From: a virus
Strand: one strand, 5' to 3'
DNA: 64,000 nucleotides
Virus record (IMG/VR): IMGVR_UViG_3300031787_011371
Coordinates: 9,367-73,366 of that record
The notes beneath the pieces are model-generated. The model saw only the letters and a list, made by a program, of their open reading frames with translations. It did no database searches and was not told the origin of the DNA. Made by a program: the position numbers and the translations under genes. This document shows, piece by piece, positions 40,814 to 50,681 of this stretch. Within the stretch, counting starts at the first letter, position 1; every line of letters starts with the position of its first letter.

Positions 40814-41454
40814 TTTTTATAAAAAATTAAATCTCTTTGAAATATTTCTCCTTTTTTAAAAATTCCGTCTTCTAGCGGCCAAACATGATTCTCTATTACT
40901 TCATAATTTAAAAAATTGTTTTCTTTCATATTTTTAATAATCTCATCTTCAAGAGGGGCTCCTTCATTATATTCTTTTAATGAAGTTTCTATTATTACAT
41001 ATTTTGCTTTTTCTAAAATGTTTTTTGAACCTTTTAAAATATCAAGTTCAGAACCTTGAGTATCTAATTTTATTAAATCAAATTCATCTAATTTAAATAA
41101 AGAATCAACTGTTTTTGTTATTCTTTTTTCAATTATTAAATTTTCTATTGAATAATGTTTTGTTTTTTCTAAATATAAAGAATTGCCAGTACATATATCA
41201 TTTTCTTTTGTTAAGAAAAAGTCAACCTCTTTATCGTCTACATCAGATAAAACTTCAATAAAATACAAGTTTCCAGTATTTTTTAAATAAATTTCACAAT
41301 TTTTATTAGCTTCAACCATATATAAAATAGAATCTTTCCAAACGTTTTTACATAATTCAGAAAACTCACCAACATTAGCACCTATGTCTAATATCTTATT
41401 TGGAATAAACCCTTTATTTTTTAAAGTTTGTAAATAGTTGTTAATTTTGCTCAT
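40810..41454 (-). CDS. FkbM-family methyltransferase
   Basis: ILDIGANVG, VEAN, IKLDTQGSELDILKG, Q.D..F. Confidence 0.88.
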   Translation of the reverse strand: MSKINNYLQTLKNKGFIPNKILDIGANVGEFSELCKNVWKDSILYMVEANKNCEIYLKNTGNLYFIEVLSDVDDKEVDFFLTKENDICTGNSLYLEKTKHYSIENLIIEKRITKTVDSLFKLDEFDLIKLDTQGSELDILKGSKNILEKAKYVIIETSLKEYNEGAPLEDEIIKNMKENNFLNYEVIENHVWPLEDGIFKKGEIFQRDLIFYKK

Positions 41455-42238
41455 TATTTAAATTTTTAATCATTTTTTTTATACCTTCTTCTAAAGATAT
41501 TTTTGGCTTCCAATTTGGAACATATTCTTTATTTTGTATAATAAGAGACTCTCCTTTTTTATTTCCTTTAATAATAGAACAGTTAGTGTTTTTTTGGATT
41601 ATTTTTGCTATATTATATAAATCTACCCATTCTCCAGTAGATATGTCATAAGTTTTACTTTTATCTTTTATATTAAATGCAGCCAATAAAGCTTCACAAA
41701 CATCATCTATATGAATAAATTGTCTAACCTCACTTCCATCCGTTAAAATTTCAATTTTTTCATTTTTTACTGCTTGAAAAACAAAGTCTGATATTACATG
41801 GCTTCTTTCGCTTACTTCTTCATTATATCCATATATATTCCAAAGTCTAACTGCTATACCTTTTTCTGAGAGTTTTGTCCAAACTTCTCCAATTCTCTTT
41901 TGTGAACCATAAACTGTATCTACATTTTCTGATAATTGACTTGAAATAAAAATGAAAGGCAAATTTATAATTTGTGGAAAAACATTATTCATTATTGCAT
42001 TATTCCATTCCATTTGAAATATTTGACTATCTTTTTTATATAAATATTTTGCGCCACCAACATCCCAAGCTAAAAAGAAAACTCTATCAACACCTTCTAA
42101 TGGCAAACTTTCAAATCTAGCATCTTGTTTTGTGTTGTTTTTTATGTCGAACTCTATAACTTCATCCCCTTTATTCTTAAGAAAATCGCAAAGCCTTTTT
42201 CCTAAAAAGCCGCTTGAACCTATGATTAAACTTTTCAT
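41441..42238 (-). CDS. NAD-dependent epimerase/dehydratase (SDR extended)
   Basis: IIGSSGFLG, YGSQK, RLWNIYG, DGSEVRQFIHIDDV. Confidence 0.85.
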   Translation of the reverse strand: MKSLIIGSSGFLGKRLCDFLKNKGDEVIEFDIKNNTKQDARFESLPLEGVDRVFFLAWDVGGAKYLYKKDSQIFQMEWNNAIMNNVFPQIINLPFIFISSQLSENVDTVYGSQKRIGEVWTKLSEKGIAVRLWNIYGYNEEVSERSHVISDFVFQAVKNEKIEILTDGSEVRQFIHIDDVCEALLAAFNIKDKSKTYDISTGEWVDLYNIAKIIQKNTNCSIIKGNKKGESLIIQNKEYVPNWKPKISLEEGIKKMIKNLNNEQN

Positions 42239-42239
42239 A

Positions 42240-43172
42240 TTATTTACCTAAATAGTTTATATACCAATTAATAGTTTTTTTTAAACCTTCCTCAAAAGAA
42301 TATTTTTTAGTCCATCCTAATTTTTTTAATTTATCAGCAGACATATATTGAAAAGGAATTTCTATAAAATCTTTTTTTACAATTTCACTTCCTCCAGAGT
42401 AATTCATTAAACTAGAGATTGTAGAAACTGTTTCTTCTATTGTATGAAATTCATTATCTCCGATGTTATAAATTTCCCCAGGCTTTCCATTTTCTGAAAG
42501 CAATTTATAAGCATTACACACATCATCAATAAAAACAAACTCTCTTTTAAAGCCTAGAACCCCAGAGTAAATTCTTGGTTTGTTATTTTTATGTATTTGT
42601 ATTATTGTATTTGGTATTATTCTGGAAATATTCATATCTCTAGGCCCATAAATGTTAGCACATCTAATGACATTAACGTTTATTCCATAAGTTTTGTAGT
42701 AAGATTGAGAAATTAGGTCGGCACAGGCTTTTGATGTTGAATATGGGTCATCTGGTTGCAACTTCATATCTTCAGTGTAAGGTAGTACATCGTGAGTCCC
42801 ATATGATTTATCTGAAGAAGCAACTATTATTTTTATGTTTGGATTAATTTTTCTAATGGCATCTAAAATATTTATTGTTCCAATTATATTACTTTTATAA
42901 CAACTTACAGGGTTTTTATTTGCTATTTTAACTATAGACATCGCTGCTATATGATATATTAAATCAATTTCGTAATCAGAAATAATTCTTTCTACTAATT
43001 CCGAATCTAATATGTCTCCATATATTATGGTACATTTATCTAAAATATCTTTTTGAGTTTTTTTATTTTTATCTCTAATTATACCTATAACATTATTTCC
43101 ACTATTTAACTCTTTTTCTGCCAATGATGAACCGACAAACCCATTTATTCCTGTTATTAAAATATTTTTCAT
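42240..43172 (-). CDS. NDP-sugar 4,6-dehydratase/epimerase (RfbG/Gmd-like)
   Basis: LITGINGFVGS, VASSDKSYG, PYSTSKACADL, RCANIYGP.D. Confidence 0.85.
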   Translation of the reverse strand: MKNILITGINGFVGSSLAEKELNSGNNVIGIIRDKNKKTQKDILDKCTIIYGDILDSELVERIISDYEIDLIYHIAAMSIVKIANKNPVSCYKSNIIGTINILDAIRKINPNIKIIVASSDKSYGTHDVLPYTEDMKLQPDDPYSTSKACADLISQSYYKTYGINVNVIRCANIYGPRDMNISRIIPNTIIQIHKNNKPRIYSGVLGFKREFVFIDDVCNAYKLLSENGKPGEIYNIGDNEFHTIEETVSTISSLMNYSGGSEIVKKDFIEIPFQYMSADKLKKLGWTKKYSFEEGLKKTINWYINYLGK

Positions 43173-43175
43173 TTT

Positions 43176-44003
43176 TTATAATTTTATTATTTGTTTTGAC
43201 TGTTTTTCTAAATTTAAATTTTCTAATATATAATTTCTTGGTTTATATGATTCCAAATTTCTAATAAAATGATTCCACTTACTGTAAATTTCTTCTTTTT
43301 CATAAAAATAAATTCCACATAATGAATTAAAATAAGGTATTGATGTTGCTTCTACCTTATATTCTTCACCTCTATCGTTCCAATATTTTACGTCCCAAAC
43401 AATTAGTGGCAAATTACAACTCATCATTTCTTGTATTGCTATTCCTTGACTTTCACAATTATCTATAATAAAACCATATTTACTTTTCGATATTAAATCT
43501 AAAAAATTTGACTCATTATAATGGCCGTATTTTATTACATTATATGTTTGATTTGATTCTTTTAAAAAGTTTTCTACAAATTTTAAATCTTCTTCATTTC
43601 TCCTTTTAAAATATACTAAACAATCAAATTCTTTTTTGTCATTAGATTTGTCGGCAAATAATTCAGTATCAATACCTACTGGCCAAATCTCTATTTTTTC
43701 TTCTGGGAGCCATTTCATATATAATTTTTTTACCCATTCTGATGGAACTAAAATTTTTTTATATTTCTGCTCCATAACATATTTATTGTCTATAGGTAAA
43801 GTGCATATATTTGGGCCTATTATAGAATTTTCTATTTTTAAACTTAACATATTATGACTTTGAAGAAAAACATTTTTTTCATCGTTTTTATTTTCTGATG
43901 AATTAATTGTGTAATTTTCTTTCAAAATTTCCAGTCCACTAATAAAGTTGTCAATAACTTTTTTTGGACCCATATTTCTATATTCAAAATAAATATTAAT
44001 CAT
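43176..44003 (-). CDS. GT4-like glycosyltransferase
   Basis: LVPSEWV, WPVGIDT, ESQGIAIQEMMSCNLP. Confidence 0.75.
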   Translation of the reverse strand: MINIYFEYRNMGPKKVIDNFISGLEILKENYTINSSENKNDEKNVFLQSHNMLSLKIENSIIGPNICTLPIDNKYVMEQKYKKILVPSEWVKKLYMKWLPEEKIEIWPVGIDTELFADKSNDKKEFDCLVYFKRRNEEDLKFVENFLKESNQTYNVIKYGHYNESNFLDLISKSKYGFIIDNCESQGIAIQEMMSCNLPLIVWDVKYWNDRGEEYKVEATSIPYFNSLCGIYFYEKEEIYSKWNHFIRNLESYKPRNYILENLNLEKQSKQIIKL

Positions 44004-44628
44004 TTTTTTTCATATAAAATGCATCACCCCATTGATATTCAGTCATTTTAGTTTCTACCCTTTCAAAACCAAATTTACTTAAATACAAGTCAATTTCTTC
44101 TATTTTTGCACAATCCTTATAAAGATAATCAGTATTAACTTCTGTATAAATATAATCTATATCATTTAAAGAATTCTCCATACCTTTTAAAGCTAAAAGT
44201 TCTGCTCCTTGAATATCTAAATTTAAAAAATTAAAATCACATGGATTAAATTTCTCATCATTAAAGAAAGTGTCAATCTTTTTTGTTTTAACAGTTTTTT
44301 TATTAACAACAGAAATGTGTGGATGATGAATTTTATGTTTATCCATTTCAAGAATAGAAGAAGATTCTCCATTACTTGCAACATGAAAATCTACTTCCTG
44401 TCCATCTATATCAGATGCTGCAAAACAGTAAGATTTATGATTTTTATAGTTACTTATTTTATTTTGCAATTCATTAAATGTATCTGGGTCTGCTTCTACC
44501 CATATAACATTATCAACACCACAAGTTCTATATGATTCAGCTTCTTCTGCGTGATGTGCACCAACATGTAAAATTCCTTTAATGTTGATTTTATATTTAT
44601 TTCTTATATCTCTAAAATTAATTAACAT
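43996..44628 (-). CDS. FkbM-family methyltransferase
   Basis: GILHVGAH.AEE, SSSIL, NLDIQGAELLALKG, YTEVN...LY, WGDAFY. Confidence 0.88.
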   Translation of the reverse strand: MLINFRDIRNKYKINIKGILHVGAHHAEEAESYRTCGVDNVIWVEADPDTFNELQNKISNYKNHKSYCFAASDIDGQEVDFHVASNGESSSILEMDKHKIHHPHISVVNKKTVKTKKIDTFFNDEKFNPCDFNFLNLDIQGAELLALKGMENSLNDIDYIYTEVNTDYLYKDCAKIEEIDLYLSKFGFERVETKMTEYQWGDAFYMKKND

Positions 44629-44630
44629 TT

Positions 44631-45962
44631 TTAATTTTTTATTAGTTTAGTTACTTGATTTTCATGTATTCTATAATAAAGAAGAATGTCTTCACAAATA
44701 TAAAATTTAAAACCTTTTTCAATTGAATCTTGCCAAAGTTTTAAATCTTCCATTGGTATATCTTCCTCATTATATTTATTATTATCCCAAAAGTTTTTAC
44801 TATACGCAACACATGGATGAGCTATAACATTATGACCAACTCTTAGATTTTCTATTATTTCTCCTTTTTTTGTCATTAAAAAATCCTTAACACTTTCATC
44901 TTCATAATTATTTTCTTTTATATGAGAAAAGTTTGATGAAACTATATCATAACCTTCTTTTAATTTTTCAAATTGTCTTTCTATTCTGTTTTCTTGATAA
45001 TAATCATCTACATTAGTATTAAATACAAAATCACACCCATCCTTAAATGCTTCTTCTATAATATAATTCATTGCTTGAGCATGATTATCCATTTCAATTT
45101 TGTAAAATTTACCATTTTCAAAATGGTAATCTCCAAGAAAAGAATAATTATCATCTCCATAATTTAATTCGTAAATAAAATAGTCTTTATATGTTTGACT
45201 TACAATTGAATCAAAAAATTTCAATAACCATCTGTCATTATATATTTTTTTAGCATTTTTATGAAAAATTACTATACCAATTTTATATTTACACAAGTCG
45301 TGTTTTTTTAATAAAAAATTTATATCATATTTTTTTGTATTAAAATTACTTTTATTATGTATTCTATGCAAAACTAGTTGTTTTTTGTCATTTATAAATT
45401 TACAACTTTTTTTCATAAGTTTCAACCAAAAATCATAATCTTCTATTCCAACAATAGACTCATCCCATCCATTAACCTCTTCTGCTATTTCTTTCTTAAA
45501 TATTGCTGAAGTATTTGCCACTTGATTTACACCAGACATTGAAAGTCTTAATATTTCTTCATGTTCTAAAGAAAGATTAGGCTGACCTGTTATTTTTTCC
45601 AATTCATCACAGTAAAATATTCTAGAACCTATTACATCATATAATCCAGTGTTCGCAAGTTCTATTTGTATTTCTAATTTTTTTGGCAACCAAACATCAT
45701 CATCATCTTGTATTGCCAACCATTCTCCTTTAGCTTCTTTTAATAATTTATTTAAAGTTTTAGACTTCCCAGCATCTAAACCATAATCAAAAATTCTAAT
45801 TCTTTCATCGTCAAATTCTTTAACAATTTCTTTGCTATTGTCAATAGTTCCATTAAAACCTATTAATAACTCAAAATCTTTGTATGTTTGATTTAAAACC
45901 GATTCTATAGAACGTCTTAAATATTTTTCACCATTATAAACTGCTAATAATATTGATACCAT
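44631..45962 (-). CDS. Tandem double GT2 glycosyltransferase
   Basis: Unit 1 VSILLAVYNGE..AIQDDDD..EDYDFWL; unit 2 FNTNVDDYY..RIERQ..HP..EDLKLW..YYRIHENQ. Confidence 0.85.
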   Translation of the reverse strand: MVSILLAVYNGEKYLRRSIESVLNQTYKDFELLIGFNGTIDNSKEIVKEFDDERIRIFDYGLDAGKSKTLNKLLKEAKGEWLAIQDDDDVWLPKKLEIQIELANTGLYDVIGSRIFYCDELEKITGQPNLSLEHEEILRLSMSGVNQVANTSAIFKKEIAEEVNGWDESIVGIEDYDFWLKLMKKSCKFINDKKQLVLHRIHNKSNFNTKKYDINFLLKKHDLCKYKIGIVIFHKNAKKIYNDRWLLKFFDSIVSQTYKDYFIYELNYGDDNYSFLGDYHFENGKFYKIEMDNHAQAMNYIIEEAFKDGCDFVFNTNVDDYYQENRIERQFEKLKEGYDIVSSNFSHIKENNYEDESVKDFLMTKKGEIIENLRVGHNVIAHPCVAYSKNFWDNNKYNEEDIPMEDLKLWQDSIEKGFKFYICEDILLYYRIHENQVTKLIKN

Positions 45963-45964
45963 GA

Positions 45965-46555
45965 TTAAATATGTTTTTTTAATTCGTTTTTAACATATAC
46001 TGTATTTCCAATATGAACACTTCCGTCAGACATATGATTTATTAACATTCCATTTTCATCAGCATAATATTGATATATATCTATAAAATTTATATCATTT
46101 TCTTTACATAATTCTTTTAATATAGAATTAGCCTTAATAGTATATCTAGACCTATCTTCGTCTAAACCAAGAAATGGAAAATTTATATTTTCTATATTTC
46201 TATTCTTTTTTGAAGGTGGGGTTATGCTTAAAATTCCAATTTTTTCAAAAAATATTTTTTGACTTTTAATATGATTAACATAATCAATTATTAAACTATT
46301 TATTATTTCATCTTCTGTTAAATCATTTAATTGTATTTGATTAAAAATATGACACCTAATATCTATTTCTCCAAAACAAAAAATAACAAATGAGTTATAT
46401 GATATATCAACATTTCTACTTTTAAAAATATCATAAAAATTAATTTTATCACGTCTAACTTTATGCATAGTCATAGGCGCAATATTGTGTCTATCTTCTA
46501 TAATATTTCTAAACGAAAAATCAGAATGTGAATCTCCTATTGTATAAATTTTCAT
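45965..46555 (-). CDS. SGNH/GDSL-family hydrolase or O-acetyltransferase
   Basis: TIGDSHS (block I), FGEIDIR, DGSVH (DxxH-like). Confidence 0.7.
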   Translation of the reverse strand: MKIYTIGDSHSDFSFRNIIEDRHNIAPMTMHKVRRDKINFYDIFKSRNVDISYNSFVIFCFGEIDIRCHIFNQIQLNDLTEDEIINSLIIDYVNHIKSQKIFFEKIGILSITPPSKKNRNIENINFPFLGLDEDRSRYTIKANSILKELCKENDINFIDIYQYYADENGMLINHMSDGSVHIGNTVYVKNELKKHI

Positions 46556-47088
46556 ATTTTTTTAGCTTGAATATTTAAACTCATTAAAACTCCTTTTTCT
46601 TTTTCCATATGTGGAAGATATGCTTGACTAAAATCATCTATAGAACCATGTTCAACCGTTTTCCAATCCCAAATATGAACGTCTATAAATCCTAAACCTT
46701 CTAAATCTTCTTTTAACATATTAAAATCAAAACCAACATAATGAAAGTTTTCATTATAATTTTGACCTCCATATAAAAATCCCATCAATTGTTTAAGAGT
46801 GTATCTTTTTGTGTAATGTAACTCCGAAACTTTATATAAATCAGGAACTGATATTCTCAATATTCCACCGCTTTTTAAAATTTCATTCCACCTTTTTAAA
46901 ACATCTAGATATGTTTTTCTATTAAAATGTTCAAGAACATGACAAGCATATATCATTTCTGCAGATTCATCTTTAAAGTTTTTTAATGTTGCAACATTAT
47001 CAACAATGTCACATTCTGTTTCTGGTCTTATATCAACATTTACAAAACCATCCAACTTTTTAAAGCCGCATCCTAAATGTAATTTCAT
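46552..47088 (-). CDS. SAM methyltransferase (Methyltransf_11-like)
   Basis: KLHLGCG, VNVDI, YACHVLEHF, LKSGGILRISVPD. Confidence 0.85.
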   Translation of the reverse strand: MKLHLGCGFKKLDGFVNVDIRPETECDIVDNVATLKNFKDESAEMIYACHVLEHFNRKTYLDVLKRWNEILKSGGILRISVPDLYKVSELHYTKRYTLKQLMGFLYGGQNYNENFHYVGFDFNMLKEDLEGLGFIDVHIWDWKTVEHGSIDDFSQAYLPHMEKEKGVLMSLNIQAKKI

Positions 47089-47915
47089 ATTAAAGTTTTT
47101 ATTTTATTAATAAGCCTTTCATTGTAATCAACCCAATTCATAGCCAATCTTCTATTTATCTCTATGACATCTTTTTTGGATTCATAAAACTCAGGAGTTA
47201 GTTCGTTGCACTTTTCAATTGCCTCATTAAAAGAATTTACAATAATAATCCCATTTACATCAAAATATTCTACTATATTAGGACAGCCTATATAAATAGG
47301 AATGGTTTTGCACAGTAAACAATCTATCAATTTTTCCGTAAAGAAATTCTGCTTTGATACGTTTTCTATACATATATGAAACATACTATCAAATAGAGGT
47401 TCTTTTCGCTCTCCTAGTATAGGGTTATTTCCAAAATTTTCAACACCGCCTAATCTACTTAAAAAGAATTTTTTCGGTATGCTTATTTTATTTTGTTTAT
47501 ACCACAACTTTTGTCTTATTTTATGATTCTCCGTAATTGTCTTGTGACCACAAACCGTAGATACAGAAAACTCTTTTGGCTTATTCAAATCATATTCATC
47601 TAAATGAATCCATTTTGTTCCATATTCAAAAAGTACTCCGTTTGGTATAGCATCTAAAACTTCTTGTTCATATGTAAGCACATAATCAAAACGATTCCAA
47701 TTGTCTATAATGCGTTTATTCAAACCCATAATTTCGTTTGGCTCAATTTGAACAAAGAATTTTTTTAAAAGCCTTCTTCCTGCTGAAGCTTCAAACTGTT
47801 CAATCGTTGGATTGTCTAAATTTTGAAAATTATCAACCCAAATATCTATTGGCATTGAACTATCAAAATCATAGTTCAAGGACATGCCAAAATTAGAATT
47901 TACATTTGCTTTCAT
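47085..47915 (-). CDS. GT10 fucosyltransferase-like protein
   Basis: FHICIEN...NFFTEKL.D....TIPIY.G is the GT10 alpha-1,3-FucT motif. Confidence 0.75.
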   Translation of the reverse strand: MKANVNSNFGMSLNYDFDSSMPIDIWVDNFQNLDNPTIEQFEASAGRRLLKKFFVQIEPNEIMGLNKRIIDNWNRFDYVLTYEQEVLDAIPNGVLFEYGTKWIHLDEYDLNKPKEFSVSTVCGHKTITENHKIRQKLWYKQNKISIPKKFFLSRLGGVENFGNNPILGERKEPLFDSMFHICIENVSKQNFFTEKLIDCLLCKTIPIYIGCPNIVEYFDVNGIIIVNSFNEAIEKCNELTPEFYESKKDVIEINRRLAMNWVDYNERLINKIKTLI

Positions 47916-48598
47916 TAACCTCTTATTTCTGAATGATTTTTGTCTAAAGCTAAAAGCTTCTTTTCAAATGGTATTTGCCAAGATTCTGGATAACAATAAC
48001 TTGGATTAAGCTTTTTTGGTGGATTATCAATAAAATATCTATTCATTTGACTTTCATCATGCCAAACAGCAATAATTCCATTTTCTAAATCCTTATCTAC
48101 TCTTTCCTTTATTGTTTTTGACATTTCAAGAAAAGCTTCTGAAGTTCCTCCATTAAATCCACCAGCATAATAACATTCACCTTCTTCTTCTGAAACATAT
48201 GCTGTTGAACTTTTGTTAGTTTCATAACTTCCTCTTCTTCCTCCAAAAAATCCTGGGTGTTCTGTGCCAACAAGTTCAGTTTCTGTATCTGGGAGTATTT
48301 CTTCGTTTACATCTTCAACAAATCTCATATCAGCATCACAATAAAAAAGATAATCCATGTTAGATAGCAATTCTTTATTTTTATCAAAAACATGATAACG
48401 TTTTAATGTGGCGTAAGGCCATCCCAAATGTTCTTGTTCAATTCTAATAATGTCATCATTTTCTGGCACATTACCATCTGTAAAAACAAACATTTTAACT
48501 TCATGATTTTTCATAAAATGTTTTTTTACAGATTTATATAATGGAGGTATAAATTGAGTGTATTTACCTGTTGCAATGACTAATAAGCCTATTTTCAT
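47915..48598 (-). CDS. GT6 (ABO blood-group family) glycosyltransferase
   Basis: IATGKY, FVFTD, WP..TL.RY, YLFYCDADM, YYAGGFNGG, AVWHDESQMNRY, PSYCYPE, ALDKNH. Confidence 0.9.
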   Translation of the reverse strand: MKIGLLVIATGKYTQFIPPLYKSVKKHFMKNHEVKMFVFTDGNVPENDDIIRIEQEHLGWPYATLKRYHVFDKNKELLSNMDYLFYCDADMRFVEDVNEEILPDTETELVGTEHPGFFGGRRGSYETNKSSTAYVSEEEGECYYAGGFNGGTSEAFLEMSKTIKERVDKDLENGIIAVWHDESQMNRYFIDNPPKKLNPSYCYPESWQIPFEKKLLALDKNHSEIRG

Positions 48599-48921
48599 AT
48601 ACTATAATTTTTTTCTATTAACAATATTTGTTTCGACAAAAAAGGCATTCTATCTAAAAGCTGTTCAGTTTCAAAAATTAATTTTTTACTTGATTGTTTT
48701 AATTTCTGTATTACTTTGTCGTTTAATGTAATAATGTTTGGAGATAACATTTCTACTTTAGTTTCTCCTTCTCTTGTTGGAATTACAATTCTATGATAGT
48801 CATTTTCAAGATATATTGTTGATTCCTTTACTGTCTCAACATAAATGGCTACATCTCTTTCATCTAAATTTCCAACGTATATATAAAATACTATTACTGG
48901 TTTTGCCATAACTTTATTCAA
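48595..48921 (-). CDS. Hypothetical protein
   Basis: ORF overlapping both neighbours in operon style. Confidence 0.55.
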   Translation of the reverse strand: MNKVMAKPVIVFYIYVGNLDERDVAIYVETVKESTIYLENDYHRIVIPTREGETKVEMLSPNIITLNDKVIQKLKQSSKKLIFETEQLLDRMPFLSKQILLIEKNYSI

Positions 48922-49714
48922 ATGGTAATTCTAATTCTTGATGACATCCAACAATATTAGAAAAATCTATTTTATTTAACTTAATCTCTCTCCCAGACAA
49001 AAAATTATCATTCAATTCTTGTGCTGAAATCCCATGAAATTCACCTTCTCTGTTTGGAAATACACTTTGAACAACATTAGAAGGAGAATTTACTAATTTA
49101 CTTTGTTTGTAAGACCACATTGTTTTTTTAGGATAGTTTCCAAACATTTGTAATGCCGCCTCAAAAGTATTTGGATTTTGAAACATAACTTTTTTTGAAA
49201 GTTTATGAATTTCTTTTGTTTTAAAAATATGTCCATCAACTGACAGTGGATAGCCAAAATCCATATAATGAACTGACCAGTTCCATTTTATAAATTTATC
49301 ATCCTCATAATCAGGCATTATAACATTGTCACATCTCATAGTGTAACATTTGTTTGTATTTAAACCTAATCTCATAGAAAAACAAAAAGCGTCATTATCT
49401 GTCTCTAATTTTGAAATCATTTCATTTTCATCAACTCTTCCATAAATTATGTCATCATCAGTAAAGAATGATGTATAATTATATATTGAATTTTCTAAAA
49501 TAGCTAAAGTTTGTTCTCTAAAATCTATTTCTTTAATCCATTTTACTTCTGGGAATTGCTCCATCAATTTATTATACCCTTTTTCAAATTCATCATTTGA
49601 ATAAGTATATAAAACATTTAAAGAAAAAACTCCATTAGCATTTTTTTCAACACTATCAAGAAATAGTTTTAATTGTGCTGCTCTATCTTTTGAAAATACT
49701 ATTCCATTAATCAT
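48914..49714 (-). CDS. GT-A-like glycosyltransferase
   Basis: IVFSKDR..QL, SFFTDDDI, FGYPLSVDGHIF, NPN.FE; ATG at 49714 preferred over the track start. Confidence 0.65.
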   Translation of the reverse strand: MINGIVFSKDRAAQLKLFLDSVEKNANGVFSLNVLYTYSNDEFEKGYNKLMEQFPEVKWIKEIDFREQTLAILENSIYNYTSFFTDDDIIYGRVDENEMISKLETDNDAFCFSMRLGLNTNKCYTMRCDNVIMPDYEDDKFIKWNWSVHYMDFGYPLSVDGHIFKTKEIHKLSKKVMFQNPNTFEAALQMFGNYPKKTMWSYKQSKLVNSPSNVVQSVFPNREGEFHGISAQELNDNFLSGREIKLNKIDFSNIVGCHQELELPFE

Positions 49715-50564
49715 TTTTATTTGTTTTATAAGTTTCAATTTTTTGAAAAGGCTTCTTTTTGTTTATTTCTGAATGTATACTCCACTGAAGTTGCTGATTT
49801 ACTTTATCGTCAGAAATAGGATTTTCTCTATTATAAACATAAAGTGGAGTTTCATTATAAAAAACATGCTCTTTCCCAGCCATTTCAAGCATTGGAATAA
49901 ACATTGCAACATCATATGTCATTTGATACCAATTGCCATTAGAATCTTTCATACATGAATAATTTTCATCCTGCTCTGCAATTTTAGCATAAAGACCTGC
50001 CCTAAAAGTTCTTATGTGAGAAACTTTAAATTGAGATTTTCTTAAATCTTTAAAATCATCTTCTGTATATTCTCTCGCACAACATTTCATGCCATTAGTC
50101 CATTTTGAACTGCCATACATCATCCAACATTCTGGATTTTTATTGTAGAAATCGTTTATGTATGATAATACATCCTTTTTAAATAACCAGTCATCTCCAT
50201 CTACTATTACAACAATATCATCTGGGTCTATAGCAAATCTCATTATACCATTATGCAAATTTGGGAGTGCACTCATTCTTTCGCTTGACCTCCAAGCTAA
50301 AATATTTTGACATTTCGTTTTTTCTAATAGAGGATGTTTATATTCAACTATAGGTTCTCCGTTTTCATCTTTTAATAAATCACCATTATCATCTCCTTTA
50401 TATTTTACTGCTGGTATTTTGCTAAATGAACCATCTGTAGAACTGTCATCAATAAAAAGGATTTCGTAATTTTCATAATCTTGAGTCAAAAGAGAATTTA
50501 CACATCTGTCCAAAAATTTTCCAGGATTATAAAATGGAACTATTACTTTAATTTTATTGTTCAT
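49707..50564 (-). CDS. GT2 glycosyltransferase
   Basis: VIVPFYN, IDDSSTDGS, IVDGDDWL, SHIRTF, LYVYN. Confidence 0.85.
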   Translation of the reverse strand: MNNKIKVIVPFYNPGKFLDRCVNSLLTQDYENYEILFIDDSSTDGSFSKIPAVKYKGDDNGDLLKDENGEPIVEYKHPLLEKTKCQNILAWRSSERMSALPNLHNGIMRFAIDPDDIVVIVDGDDWLFKKDVLSYINDFYNKNPECWMMYGSSKWTNGMKCCAREYTEDDFKDLRKSQFKVSHIRTFRAGLYAKIAEQDENYSCMKDSNGNWYQMTYDVAMFIPMLEMAGKEHVFYNETPLYVYNRENPISDDKVNQQLQWSIHSEINKKKPFQKIETYKTNKND

Positions 50565-50581
50565 TTTTTATTTTGTTTTAA

Positions 50582-50612
50582 CAAACATACGATTTTTATT
50601 TAAAAAAATAAA
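50582..50612 (-). promoter_or_regulatory. Bacteroidota-type promoter for glycan cluster II
   Basis: Minus strand TTTA-N19-TATGTTTG upstream of the ATG at 50564. Confidence 0.55.
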
Positions 50613-50639
50613 TGGATAATTTAAAAAAGATTTTTTCAA

Positions 50640-50648
50640 ACTATTTAT
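50640..50648 (+). promoter_or_regulatory. Putative late promoter ACTATTTAT
   Basis: TTTTTTCAAACTATTTAT upstream of 50682. Confidence 0.55.
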
Positions 50649-50681
50649 CTTAAAAATTATAACAATTCTAATAATTTAGAA

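Noticed and set aside
32564-50564. Bacterial LPS/capsule locus (host chromosome or chimeric assembly)
   Set aside because: No wzx, wzy, wzz or ABC export genes; same compact AT-rich style as, and interleaved with, phage structural genes
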